In this document: positions 9,485-19,043 of the stretch, one piece after another
Layout of the letters: each line of letters opens with the position of its first letter
Numbering within the stretch: position 1 is the stretch's first letter
Assembly (NCBI GenBank): GCA_025774615.1
Contig: JALGVQ010000003.1
Span: 1-49,837, forward strand
DNA from: a bacterium
GTDB lineage: Bacteria > Blakebacterota > Blakebacteria > Blakebacterales > Blakebacteraceae
DNA length: 49,837 nt
Direction: 5' to 3'
Notes under the pieces: model-generated
The model's database searches: none
What the model was told of the DNA's origin: nothing
Seen by the model: the letters and a program-made list of their open reading frames with translations, nothing else
Position numbers and translations under genes: made by a program

Positions 9485-9598
9485 AGAGCCCTCTGGCGCT
9501 GCATCTTCTGTTCATCTGGATTGTGTGTCGTTCGAATGACGAGCATATCGTACGTTTCATTCGGCTGATTTCCGATTCGCGTCAAGTCGAAGGACTCT
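9485..9598. repeat. Structured intergenic element, possible diverged third copy of the dispersed repeat
   Basis: Outer inverted repeat agagccct (9485-9492) / aggactct (9591-9598), pairing with one G-U on the minus strand. Inner perfect 7-bp stem cgaatga (9533-9539) / tcattcg (9557-9563) around a cgtacg core. Confidence 0.35.
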
Positions 9599-9618
9599 GG
9601 TGATGACTGGAGGATGGA

Positions 9619-10077
9619 ATGACAACTCGATCGGCTGTTGATCAGTTTCTTTCCCGGAAACATATAGCCCTGGCAGGTGCCTCCAGGAGCGGGAAGAAAT
9701 TTGGCAATGCCATCGTGAAGGAGCTGGGCAAGAAGGGGTATTCCTTCTCCCTGGTTCATCCTGAAGCCGATGAGATTGCCGGTCAGCAATGTTACTCGTC
9801 GTTGTCGGATCTGCCTGATGACATCGAAAGCCTGCTGTTGGTCGTACCCCCTGAGCAGACAGAAAAGCTGGTCAGGGAAGCTGCTGCTGCCGGGATCAGG
9901 AACGTCTGGATGCAGCAGGGATCGGAATCAACTGAAGCGGTAGATTTCTGCTCTGAGAATGGAATCAATGTCGTCCACGGGGAATGCATCCTGATGTTCG
10001 CCGATCCGGGTGGCCTGCACAAATTCCATCACTGGCTCTGGGGCCTGTTCGGTAAACTTCCGGAGGAAGGCTCCTGA
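9619..10077 (+). CDS. CoA-binding protein (YccU-like)
   Basis: IALAGASR...KFGN, VHP, CYSSLSDLP, VWMQQG, VVHGECILM; GGAGG RBS. Confidence 0.9.
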   Translation: MTTRSAVDQFLSRKHIALAGASRSGKKFGNAIVKELGKKGYSFSLVHPEADEIAGQQCYSSLSDLPDDIESLLLVVPPEQTEKLVREAAAAGIRNVWMQQGSESTEAVDFCSENGINVVHGECILMFADPGGLHKFHHWLWGLFGKLPEEGS

Positions 10078-10122
10078 TTCCCACCGGATGCTACATTCAG
10101 GATGATATGATCGGGTTTTCCC

Positions 10123-11493
10123 GTGGCTGAAGAACCGAATTCCGGCCCCACTGAATCTATCCTTACCCACGGCAACCTGAACCGCGCGATCCGGATCCTG
10201 GCCGTTCCCATGGTCCTGGAGATGTCCATGGAATCGGTCTTCGCCGTGGCCGATGTCTTCTTCGTCAGCCGGATCGGTACTGATGCCGTGGCTGTGGTGG
10301 GACTGACGGAGGCATTCCTCTACCTGGTCTATGCTGTCAGCTTCGGTCTTGCGATAGGCACTACCGCCCTGGTGGCACGCCGTATCGGAGAACAGAAGCC
10401 CGACGTGGCAGCCAGGGCTGCGGTCCAGGCCAACTGGCTGGGATTGCTGGTCTCGATCCCGATCGCGGTCATTGGTGTGCTGACCGCTGAAAAGCTCCTG
10501 CTGGTCATGGGAGCATCGACCGAACTGGCGTCATATGGCCGGGTATATCTGGGAATTGCCCTGGGCGGCAACCTCGTGGTCATGCTCCTCTTCATCAACA
10601 ACGCGGTGTTCCGGGGCGCCGGTGATGCAAAAATGGCCATGTGGTCCCTCTGGATCGCCAACGGCATGAACCTGATCCTCGATCCCTGTCTGATCTTCGG
10701 ACTGGGACCGTTCCCCGAACTCGGGCTGAAGGGAGCCGCAATTGCTACGGTGATCGGTCGCGGTACCGGGGTGGCTTATCAGGTGTTCAGACTGTTCAGG
10801 GGGAGGGGACGGATCCGGCTGGCTGGCACCACTCTTCGTCCTCGACTGGATGTCATGAAACGGCTTGGGCGGCTGTCGATGGGCGGATTGGCCCAGCAAC
10901 TGGTGGAAACCACCAGCTGGCTGATCCTGGTCAGGATTGTGGCGACGTTCGGGGCGACAGCGGTAGCTGGATATACGATCGCGATGAGGGTTCTGGCCTT
11001 CGTCTTCCTGCCTGCATGGGGACTGGCCAATGCAGCAGCTACCCTGACAGGTCAGAATCTGGGAGCGGGGAAGCCGGAGCGGGCGGAACGGGCGGTATGG
11101 ATCACCGCCGGATACGCGGCGGGATTCCTGTTTGCTGTCATGCTTACATTCATTCCTCTGGCTGAAGCACTGATCCGACTGTTCACATCTGAACCGGAGG
11201 TGGTCAAGATCGGTGAACAATGCCTCAGGATCATCAGTTATGGGTATGTTTTCTTCGGTTTCGGTATGGTGATGACCGAAGCTTTCAACGGTGCCGGTGA
11301 TACCATGACGCCGGCCTGGCTTCATGTGGTCACACTATGGCTCATCAAACTCCCGCTCGCTCTGATCCTGGCCAACACTCTGGGATTCGGTCCAACCGGT
11401 GTGTTTTCTGCCGTGACCATATCGTACGGGATCCTGGCGGTCTTAGCGGTCTTCATATTCCGGCGAGGCAAATGGAAGGATCGTGTCGTCTGA
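10123..11493 (+). CDS. MATE family efflux transporter
   Basis: About 12 TM; AVADVFFVSRIG, FRGAGD, NLILDP.LIFG...ELG.KGAAIAT, GQNLGAG. Confidence 0.95.
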   Translation: MAEEPNSGPTESILTHGNLNRAIRILAVPMVLEMSMESVFAVADVFFVSRIGTDAVAVVGLTEAFLYLVYAVSFGLAIGTTALVARRIGEQKPDVAARAAVQANWLGLLVSIPIAVIGVLTAEKLLLVMGASTELASYGRVYLGIALGGNLVVMLLFINNAVFRGAGDAKMAMWSLWIANGMNLILDPCLIFGLGPFPELGLKGAAIATVIGRGTGVAYQVFRLFRGRGRIRLAGTTLRPRLDVMKRLGRLSMGGLAQQLVETTSWLILVRIVATFGATAVAGYTIAMRVLAFVFLPAWGLANAAATLTGQNLGAGKPERAERAVWITAGYAAGFLFAVMLTFIPLAEALIRLFTSEPEVVKIGEQCLRIISYGYVFFGFGMVMTEAFNGAGDTMTPAWLHVVTLWLIKLPLALILANTLGFGPTGVFSAVTISYGILAVLAVFIFRRGKWKDRVV

Positions 11494-11558
11494 GACTGCG
11501 CGGAGATGTACTGCGGGTACGTCGCACGAGCAGGAACGAAGCATGACGCTGAGATGAC
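11485..11558 (+). repeat. Dispersed palindromic intergenic repeat, copy A
   Basis: gcgcgga-gatgtac-tgcgg-gtacgtc-gcacgagc...acgctgagatgac aligns with 45166-45227; lies between convergent MATE and SDR genes. Confidence 0.65.
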
Positions 11559-11573
11559 GTGGAAGGCCCGCGG

Positions 11574-12329
11574 TCACCCGCAGAGGACGGCACCTCCGTT
11601 CACATTGAGTATCTCCCCCGTGATATGCACTGCCCCGTCCGAGGCCAGGAACGCGACCGGGCGGGCGATATCTTCAGGATGGGCCATACTGCCCCGGGGA
11701 ATGATCTTCTCCACCTCGGCTATCTCCTCATCGGAGAGGGCATCGGATACCATGTCGGTGAGGACCCAGCCCGGCGCGAGCGCATTGACGGTGATCCTGT
11801 CCGGTGCCAGTTCCACCGCCAGCGACTTGGTCAGGCTCTGGAGCGCTCCCTTGCTCGCCGCGTAGTGGCTGTGCTCCGCTTCACCCCGTTGCGCGGCAGT
11901 CGAAGTGATATAGATGATCCTTCCATGAGATCGTTCGCGGAGGTGCCCGACAGCGGCGCGGGTCAGGTAAAAAGCGGAATCGAGATTGACCTGCATGGTC
12001 TCACGCCAGATCTCGTCCGGCATCGCTTCGATGGAACCTCCCGTCCAGATACCGGCGTTATGCACGAGGATATCAAGTCCTCCGAGCTGAGAGGCCGCCT
12101 CACTGACAAGGTGTTCACAACCCTTACGCGATCCCAGGTCTGCCTGGATTGCGTGAGCTGACTTCCCGGCCTCTTCCAGTTCCGCCACCAGTTCATCGGC
12201 CCGATCTGATCGTTCCCTGAAGGAGAACGCGACGTCGGCTCCCGCGTCTGAGAATACCGTGACACAGGCTGCTCCTATCCCTCGTGAGCCACCGGTGATG
12301 AGTGCCCGCCTTCCCGTGAGATCGAACAT
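11574..12329 (-). CDS. SDR family oxidoreductase (FabG-like)
   Basis: TGGSRGIG, HNAG, YAASK, VNALAPG, ITGEILNVNGG. Confidence 0.93.
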   Translation of the reverse strand: MFDLTGRRALITGGSRGIGAACVTVFSDAGADVAFSFRERSDRADELVAELEEAGKSAHAIQADLGSRKGCEHLVSEAASQLGGLDILVHNAGIWTGGSIEAMPDEIWRETMQVNLDSAFYLTRAAVGHLRERSHGRIIYITSTAAQRGEAEHSHYAASKGALQSLTKSLAVELAPDRITVNALAPGWVLTDMVSDALSDEEIAEVEKIIPRGSMAHPEDIARPVAFLASDGAVHITGEILNVNGGAVLCG

Positions 12330-12397
12330 CCTTGCCTCCAGATAGTCTCGAACCGTGGATATCTACCGTCTGAAAACGGCTCTCTCCGCCATGCAAA

Positions 12398-12880
12398 CTA
12401 CAGTTTGTAACCGATCATGCGGAGGAACTCCCTCCGCTCCTGCTGCTGTTCATCCGTTTCCTCACCGAGCGGAGTCTGCCCGTCGATGACACCGGCCACC
12501 CCCCTGCCCGCCTCCGATTCCACCACGATCACCTGGAGCGGATTGGCGGTGGCACAGAAGATACGGCAGACCTCGGGAACCATCTTGATCGAATTCAGAA
12601 CGTTGATCGGAAACGCATCCTTGAGGAAGATGGCAAAGAAATGACCAGCCGCAACATCCGCGCATGCCTTGCGGGCGCCCGCGATCATCTCCTCATCGGT
12701 GCCGGAGAACCGTATCAGCCTCGGACCGGATGCCTCGCAGAAGGCGAGTCCAAACCTGAGACCGGGCACCCCCTGGATCAGTGCTTCGTGGAGGTCCTCA
12801 ACGGTCTTGATGAAATGGGACTGTCCGAGGATGATATTCGATTCATCGGGCATCTCGATGGGAACCAGTTTCATTTCCAT
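12398..12880 (-). CDS. Adenosine-specific kinase family protein (DUF355)
   Basis: NIILGQSHFIKTVEDLHE, FGLAFCEASG, FPINVLN...VPEVCRIFCATANP, GVIDG, C-terminal IGYKL. Confidence 0.9.
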   Translation of the reverse strand: MEMKLVPIEMPDESNIILGQSHFIKTVEDLHEALIQGVPGLRFGLAFCEASGPRLIRFSGTDEEMIAGARKACADVAAGHFFAIFLKDAFPINVLNSIKMVPEVCRIFCATANPLQVIVVESEAGRGVAGVIDGQTPLGEETDEQQQERREFLRMIGYKL

Positions 12881-12939
12881 GATGACATCTTTCCTTCCAA
12901 TGGCCTTGAAACACCAGGTGGCCGGGCACGTATGATAGT

Positions 12940-13209
12940 ATGCCGATGATCGCTACTTTCAAGACGTTACTCAAGAAGACCGCCGGAGCGGCCCTGGTAG
13001 GGGTCGGAGCCGTCGGCATGATCGTGCCCGGGATTCAGGGAGTCATCACCCTGTCGGCGGGTCTGCTTCTTCTCTACCCGGAGGATACCGAAAAGGGACG
13101 CAGGATCCGGGAATGGATAAAGCGGAAGGAAGATGAGGCCGCCGCGGATCTTGAGCGCCGCAGGAAGAACCGGCCGCTTACCAGAACCGATCGCCGTCGA
13201 CCGTTCTGA
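12940..13209 (+). CDS. Small membrane protein (PGPGW-like hairpin)
   Basis: Two-helix hairpin GAALVGVGAVGMIVPGIQGVITLSAGLLLL with a basic tail; fills the gap between opposite-strand genes. Confidence 0.6.
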   Translation: MPMIATFKTLLKKTAGAALVGVGAVGMIVPGIQGVITLSAGLLLLYPEDTEKGRRIREWIKRKEDEAAADLERRRKNRPLTRTDRRRPF

Positions 13210-13222
13210 ACATCTCCATACA

Positions 13223-14347
13223 CTAGCGCGCCCGCTTCCGGAACCGGAGAGCCGCTAGCGCCATCGCCACCGGACCCAGGATCATCAATCCCATCGTCTC
13301 CACCCGGAACGACATCATACCGCTGCCCTTCAGGAAAAGTTCGCGTACCACCGCCATGAAATATCGAAGCGGATTCAGGTACGTGAGTCGCTGCATCAGG
13401 AGCGGCATGTTCTCGATAGGGAAGAAGAAGCCCGACATGAGGATCCCGAAGATGAGGAGGAACCAGACCATGAAGACCGCCTGCTGCTGGGTGTGGGCGA
13501 CCGTACTCACCAGCAGTCCCATTCCGAGCGTGTTGAGCAGGAAGAGAAGCGAGAAGAGAACCAGCAGAGTCCATGATCCCCGCATCGGAACGCCGAACCA
13601 GACGAGACAGACCGTCAGGGCGATCGCGAGCACGAAGAAGGCGATGAGGACGAAGGGAAGAATCTTTCCCAGGAGCAGTTCCACGGTTCGTATCGGTGTC
13701 ACTGAGAGCTGTTCGAGGGTTCCTGTTTCACGTTCCCGTACCAGTCCGAGACCGGTCATGAGTGTTGTGAGCATGGTGAGCAGAACGACCACCACGCCGG
13801 GGATCATGTAGAATCGGCTGATGAGTTCAGGATTGTAGAGCACGTGTATTCTCGGCCGCAGGTCGGGAAGAGGTGTCCCGACAAGAGTCTTGCGCAGGAC
13901 ATCGAGGGAATACGACTCCACGATCCCACGGGCATGGTTGAATGCGATAAGGGACGCGTTGGAATCCACTCCATCGAGCAGCAGCTGCACATCGACCGAC
14001 TCATTTCGACCGAGCCTGCGGGCGAACCCCCGGGGGATCACGAGCACCGCCGCGACCTCTCCCCGATCGAGCGCGTCCCTGATCTCATCCGGACCGCTCA
14101 TCACCCGATCGAGGTCGAAGGTCTCATTATGCCGGAAGTCCTCCACGAGCTGCCTGCTCTCGGGCGATCGATCGTAGTCCATTACCCCGAGTGAGAGGTC
14201 CCGGACATCCACCGTGATCGCGTATCCCAGCAGGAGCACCTGGATGACCGGCATGATGAACATCATGCCGAGCATCTGATGATCCCGGAAGGCCTGGATG
14301 AACTCCTTCCGGATGAGATGGCCTATGATCCGCAGGCTCTTCAACAT
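13223..14347 (-). CDS. ABC-2 permease (YbhR-like)
   Basis: KEFIQAFRD, LYNPEL, RERETGTLEQL.VTP, SGFFFPIENMP, NPLRYF. Confidence 0.92.
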   Translation of the reverse strand: MLKSLRIIGHLIRKEFIQAFRDHQMLGMMFIMPVIQVLLLGYAITVDVRDLSLGVMDYDRSPESRQLVEDFRHNETFDLDRVMSGPDEIRDALDRGEVAAVLVIPRGFARRLGRNESVDVQLLLDGVDSNASLIAFNHARGIVESYSLDVLRKTLVGTPLPDLRPRIHVLYNPELISRFYMIPGVVVVLLTMLTTLMTGLGLVRERETGTLEQLSVTPIRTVELLLGKILPFVLIAFFVLAIALTVCLVWFGVPMRGSWTLLVLFSLLFLLNTLGMGLLVSTVAHTQQQAVFMVWFLLIFGILMSGFFFPIENMPLLMQRLTYLNPLRYFMAVVRELFLKGSGMMSFRVETMGLMILGPVAMALAALRFRKRAR

Positions 14348-14349
14348 GG

Positions 14350-15498
14350 TCAGTCGAGCCTCGGCTTGAAGCGGGCTATGCTCACAACGGTGAGTATTAC
14401 GGTGAGGGCCAGGAGGAAGAGGCCGTTCTCCCAGAAGACGTCGGCACCGACACCTTTGAGCAGCACACCGCGAACGATCGGTATGTAATAGGTCGCCGGA
14501 ACCACTCGACTGATAAGCTGCAGGAACACCGGCATGCTCTTGACCGGAAAGATGAAGTTGGAGAGCATGAACGCCGGCAGCACGGTCACGAGCATCGCAC
14601 CAAACATCGCTACCCGTTGCTGGTCCACGAGGGTCGAGATGAGGAGCCCGATGGTGAGTGCAGCCATGATGTACAATCCTGTGAAACCGAAGAGTACGAG
14701 GAGACTGCCGCGAATGGGAACGCCGAATACCATCGCTCCGAAGAAAAGGATGAACGCGCCGTCCGCCATGGCGAGTACGCCGTAGGGCAGCAGTTTGCCG
14801 ACGATCAGCTCTCCCGGCCTGACCGGACTCACCAGGAGCTGTTCGAGGGTTCCTGTTTCCTTCTCACGGACAACGGTCGCGCTCGTCAGCAGCGCTGATG
14901 CCATCATCAGGATCACCGCGATCAGAGCGGGCACGATGAAGTGGCTGCTCTTCTGCTCCGGGTTGTACCAGAAGCGGGGATGAAGTTCGATCGGCAGGCC
15001 TTCCCATCCGACTGCGGAACCTGACCTGTCCCTTACCACCGAGAGGGCGTTCATCGATCCTTCGATCGTCACGCGGGAGATGATGCCCTGCGCGTATCCG
15101 AGGGCAAGCGAGGCAGTATTGGGATCTGAACCGTCCACGAGGAGTCCGAGCGGGCGCTCGGGCCCCCCATCCAGTGAACGGGAGAACCCGCGCGGTATCA
15201 CCAGCGTGAGAACCGTTTCCCGAAAACTGAATCCCTCCTCCGCATCACCCATGTCCCGGTAGCGTCCGGCAAGAACGAACTGCCCCGATGCGAGGAACGA
15301 GGTGGTCAGCTCCCTCGATGCTGGAGTGCTGTCCTGATCGACCACTCCCAGAGGGATATCCTTGATATCGAAATTCATGGCATATCCGTAGAGGAAGGTC
15401 ATCACCACCGGCATGATGAAGATGATCATCAGACTCCGGGAATCCCGCACGATGTGACGGAACTCCTTGGCCATGACCGCAATGGTTCGCCCGATCAC
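14350..15498 (-). CDS. ABC-2 permease (YbhS-like)
   Basis: KEFRHIVRD.RSL, VDGSDPN, WYNPE, REKETGTLEQLLVSP, FIFPVKSMP. Confidence 0.92.
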   Translation of the reverse strand: MIGRTIAVMAKEFRHIVRDSRSLMIIFIMPVVMTFLYGYAMNFDIKDIPLGVVDQDSTPASRELTTSFLASGQFVLAGRYRDMGDAEEGFSFRETVLTLVIPRGFSRSLDGGPERPLGLLVDGSDPNTASLALGYAQGIISRVTIEGSMNALSVVRDRSGSAVGWEGLPIELHPRFWYNPEQKSSHFIVPALIAVILMMASALLTSATVVREKETGTLEQLLVSPVRPGELIVGKLLPYGVLAMADGAFILFFGAMVFGVPIRGSLLVLFGFTGLYIMAALTIGLLISTLVDQQRVAMFGAMLVTVLPAFMLSNFIFPVKSMPVFLQLISRVVPATYYIPIVRGVLLKGVGADVFWENGLFLLALTVILTVVSIARFKPRLD

Positions 15499-16244
15499 GA
15501 CGCGTCCTCCCCTGTGCCGGCCACATTCAGAAAGACCTCTTCCATGGTCGCGACCTGATGGGTGTTCCGGAGCTCATCAGGAGATCCGACTGCCACGATC
15601 CGCCCATCCCGCATGATGCCGAGACGATGGCAGTATTCGGCCTCATCCATGTAGTGGGTGGTTACCATGACGGTCACCCCGGCCGAGGCCAGGTCCGATA
15701 TCACCCGCCAGAAGGTGCGCCTGGCCACCGGATCGATCCCTCCCGTTGGTTCATCGAGAAAGAGCAGCGGTGGTTCATGGACGAGCGCTGAGGCCAGCGC
15801 CAACCGCTGACGGTGTCCTGTCGGCAGACTCGAGGTGATCCGATCCGCCATATCCTTGAGATCGAACAGATCGAGTAACGCCTCCTTTCTTCGCCTGAGA
15901 TCAGGTCTCCGGAGGCCATATACGCCGCCGAAAAAGGTAAGGTTCTCCGCGACGGTAAGATCTTCATAGAGGGAGAAGCGTTGCGACATGTATCCCAGCC
16001 TGTGCTTCACCTTCTCCGGTGAGGAATGGACCGGTATGCCAGCCACCCACGCCTCTCCCCTGCTTGGTTTGAGGAGTCCAGTGAGCATCCGGATCGTGGT
16101 GGTCTTGCCCGCCCCGTTTGCCCCCAGCAGACCGAATATCTCCCCCTTCCGAACCTGGAGCGAGACACTGTCAACGGCGATGAATCGCCTGAAGGTGCGG
16201 GTGAGCTCACGCGTCTCGATCGCGATTGTCTCTGGAGGAGTCAC
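15495..16244 (-). CDS. ABC ATP-binding protein (YbhF C-terminal-half-like)
   Basis: GANGAGKTT, GYMSQRFSLY, LPTG signature, LDEPT, TTHYMDEA. Confidence 0.93.
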   Translation of the reverse strand: MTPPETIAIETRELTRTFRRFIAVDSVSLQVRKGEIFGLLGANGAGKTTTIRMLTGLLKPSRGEAWVAGIPVHSSPEKVKHRLGYMSQRFSLYEDLTVAENLTFFGGVYGLRRPDLRRRKEALLDLFDLKDMADRITSSLPTGHRQRLALASALVHEPPLLFLDEPTGGIDPVARRTFWRVISDLASAGVTVMVTTHYMDEAEYCHRLGIMRDGRIVAVGSPDELRNTHQVATMEEVFLNVAGTGEDAS

Positions 16245-17167
16245 GCCGTGTCCGCTCCTCTGGCCAGGGCCACAAAGACATCCTCCATACCGGGTGAGGC
16301 GGTCTGTACTGTACCTACCTCCACTCCCTCACCGCTCAGGGCCGCTCTCATTTCATCCAGGTCCTCCCGCCCACCCTCCACCGTGAGATGGAGCCTGGTA
16401 CCGAAGGGCACCACGTCACCGATCCAGTCAATTTGTTCCAGTATTCGCATGGCCCGACCGACCGGTCGCGCCTCGATCTCGATGATCTCATGCGGAAAAC
16501 GCGACCTCAGTTCCACCGGGGTTCCGCGATCGAGGATGATCCCATCACTGAGGACAAGAACCTCATCACACCGGTCCGCCTCATCCATGTAGGGAGTGCT
16601 GACGAGTATGGTGGTACCATCGGCCTTCAGCTCGAGGAGGATCTGCCACAGCTCCATCCGGGATATCGGGTCCACGCCGGTCGTCGGCTCATCGAGGAGG
16701 AGGATCTCAGGGGTGTGGATCAACGTGCATGCCAGGGCCAGCTTCTGCTTCATGCCACCAGAGAGCGCTGACGCCCGACGGCGACGGAAGGACGTCAACC
16801 GGGCGAAATGGAGCAACTGTTCGGTGCGCTCGCGGCGTTCCCGGCCGCGCACCCCGAAGATGTTGGCATAGAACTTCAGGTTCTCTTCCACGCTCAGGTC
16901 GTGATAGAGACTGAACCGCTGCGGCATGTAACCGATACGGCCGCTGGAGGCACGCATACCGGTCACATCCTCTCCACCCAGCAGGATTCGCCCTTCATCA
17001 GGGCGAAGCAGACCGGTCAGCAGCCGCATGGCCGTCGTCTTTCCCGCTCCATTGGGACCGAGCATTCCGGTGATGGTGCCCCGCTCGAGACCGATATCGA
17101 GGTGTGAAAGGGCCTCGACCGACCCGTATGATTTCGAAAGTGACTCCGTGGAAAAGACGTACTTCAT
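16241..17167 (-). CDS. ABC ATP-binding protein (YbhF N-terminal-half-like)
   Basis: GPNGAGKTT, LSGGMKQKL, LLDEPTTGVDP, STPYMDEA. Confidence 0.93.
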   Translation of the reverse strand: MKYVFSTESLSKSYGSVEALSHLDIGLERGTITGMLGPNGAGKTTAMRLLTGLLRPDEGRILLGGEDVTGMRASSGRIGYMPQRFSLYHDLSVEENLKFYANIFGVRGRERRERTEQLLHFARLTSFRRRRASALSGGMKQKLALACTLIHTPEILLLDEPTTGVDPISRMELWQILLELKADGTTILVSTPYMDEADRCDEVLVLSDGIILDRGTPVELRSRFPHEIIEIEARPVGRAMRILEQIDWIGDVVPFGTRLHLTVEGGREDLDEMRAALSGEGVEVGTVQTASPGMEDVFVALARGADTA

Positions 17168-18105
17168 GGAGAGATCTCAGGAAGATCGACATCTGCGGGA
17201 AGCCCGATCTTTAACAGGCCGTCGGGATTCGAGACAGCCACCTTCACCGCGAAGACGAGGTCTACTCTGGCCTCGATCGTCTGTACGTTCTTCGGGGTGA
17301 ACTCGGCTTCATCCGATATATGGACGACCCGACCCGGGAAACTTCGATCGGGGAAGGAGTCCACCCGAACGATCGCCTCTCCGCCAAGCTGGATCCGGCC
17401 GATGAGCAACGCGGGAACGTATACCCGGACGAAGAGCTCATCCAGGTCAGCAATCCGCACGATCCCCCGACCGGGAGCCGCGACCTCACCGGGCTCCATG
17501 AACACCGTGATGACCGTTCCCGTCCGGGGCGCGGTGATGCGGCATTCGCCGATCTGGCGAGTGAGTGACGCCAGACGAAGCTGTATCTCCTCTTCCTGCA
17601 CGGGGAATACATCGAACGCAGTCTCCGCCGACTCGACCTGTCTGGCCGCAAGCTCGACCATCGATTCCAGATCATCGAGCTGAGCCCTGGTCGCGGCGGC
17701 ACCCTCCACGAGTCTTTTCACCCGGTCACGATTGAGGATCGCCTGATCGAGCTGTTCCCGCACGGCCGCCAACGCGGTTTCGGCCTGCCGCCGCTGCACG
17801 GTTATCGCCCGCAGTCCGACGCGTGCCAGTTCCCGGGCTTCCACCAGAGCAGTCGAATCGACAAGAGCGACCAGACCTCCCTCCTCGATCCGATCTCCCT
17901 CCTCGACCGCGCGCAGAAGCAGGCGTCCGCCGATCACCGGAGAGACCACCACTTCCTCGGCTTCCAGGGTTCCCGATCCCCAGAGCAGTGCCGGTTCCTC
18001 TTCCTCACATCCCGGCAGAAGGATGAGCAGCAATAAAAATGAAACGTGGATCGGGGAACGTATGATCGTGCCGATCCTTGAGTCGCGGAAATCGCTGATC
18101 AGCAT
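17164..18105 (-). CDS. HlyD family periplasmic adaptor (YbhG-like), probable lipoprotein
   Basis: LLPGC lipobox-like, SGTLEA, ITAP..G, AEFTPKNVQT, LKIGLPADV. Confidence 0.9.
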   Translation of the reverse strand: MLISDFRDSRIGTIIRSPIHVSFLLLLILLPGCEEEEPALLWGSGTLEAEEVVVSPVIGGRLLLRAVEEGDRIEEGGLVALVDSTALVEARELARVGLRAITVQRRQAETALAAVREQLDQAILNRDRVKRLVEGAAATRAQLDDLESMVELAARQVESAETAFDVFPVQEEEIQLRLASLTRQIGECRITAPRTGTVITVFMEPGEVAAPGRGIVRIADLDELFVRVYVPALLIGRIQLGGEAIVRVDSFPDRSFPGRVVHISDEAEFTPKNVQTIEARVDLVFAVKVAVSNPDGLLKIGLPADVDLPEISP

Positions 18106-18782
18106 CAGCTCGCCTCCTTGCCGGTAAACAGGCCATGGTCGAACAGATCGGCTATGGCGTCAGCCCTCTCCGCCATGAGTTCATCGTATTCACCCGATCC
18201 CAGTTCCCAGATCGATTCGAGCAGTGGACGGGCCGCAAAGGGGAAGATCGACAGGGAGAGTATGTGGAGGAAGAACTGCCGGGGATCTCCCGGACGCACG
18301 GCGCCAGCCTCAATCATCTCCCCGATCTGACCGAACACCCGTTCTACATCGAGACCTGGAATGCTTTCGAACAGCGAACGGACCACCGAGGAGAGATACG
18401 GCCCTCCCGCGGCCAGTTCGTACAGCATCAGTGACCGAAGATGTGGATTCTCCCTGAGGAATCCGAGATAGGAGGAAACGATTGTGAGCAACCGTTCGCG
18501 CGCGTCCAGGTCGGGTTGAATGAAGGTGGGAAACACCTGTCTGAAAATGACCTGAAAATGACTGGTAAGTATCTCCCGGTAGAGGTGCTCCTTGTCCTGG
18601 AAGTGATAGTAGAGCATCGCCTTGTTCACACCGGCTTCATCGGCGATAGCCTGGGTGCGCGCCCCATCAAATCCCTTTTCAGCAAAGTGGATAGTGGCGG
18701 CTTCAAGTATCCTGGATCGGGTACCGCCGCCCCGCTCATCCCCCTCGCCATGGTGTGATCCATTTGTTTCCGATCTCTGCAT
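18105..18782 (-). CDS. TetR/AcrR family transcriptional regulator
   Basis: RILEAA..HFAEKGFDGA....IADEAGVNKAMLYYHF..KE.LY. Confidence 0.95.
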   Translation of the reverse strand: MQRSETNGSHHGEGDERGGGTRSRILEAATIHFAEKGFDGARTQAIADEAGVNKAMLYYHFQDKEHLYREILTSHFQVIFRQVFPTFIQPDLDARERLLTIVSSYLGFLRENPHLRSLMLYELAAGGPYLSSVVRSLFESIPGLDVERVFGQIGEMIEAGAVRPGDPRQFFLHILSLSIFPFAARPLLESIWELGSGEYDELMAERADAIADLFDHGLFTGKEAS

Positions 18783-18813
18783 CGATCCTCTCCCGCTGCC
18801 GGAGTAATCAGTA

Positions 18814-18837
18814 TATTAACTAACTGGTTAGTTAATA
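18814..18837. promoter_or_regulatory. TetR operator palindrome
   Basis: TATTAACTAAC-tg-GTTAGTTAATA, perfect 11-bp arms, AT-rich in a GC-rich background, 31 bp upstream of tetR. Confidence 0.85.
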
Positions 18838-18858
18838 CTGGCCCAGAATATATGTCAA
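18830..18858 (-). promoter_or_regulatory. sigma70 promoter of tetR-efflux operon (TTGACA-17-TTAACT)
   Basis: -35 TTGACA at 18858-18853; -10 TTAACT at 18835-18830, inside the operator. Confidence 0.7.
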
Positions 18859-19043
18859 TATGAATCTGCGTACCGGACCGAACCTGTCGCCATGCCTGTA
18901 TACCATCAGACTCACCTGCGGATAATTGGACTCACCCTCGTATTATTGAGTGGACAGAGTGATGGACCACTCCGTTATCTGTACAGGTGCAGGGTACAAG
19001 CAGTCCTGACCATACCCGGATATCAGTCTGAAAGGACCTGACG

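Noticed and set aside
11485-11558. Repeat copies as CRISPR repeats or attC sites
   Set aside because: They are not arrayed, and there are no spacers, cas genes, integrase or GTTRRRY/RYYYAAC ends.
18909-18937. gactcacc direct repeat upstream of the beta-barrel gene
   Set aside because: Only 8 bp twice; it could be an activator site but cannot be distinguished from chance.
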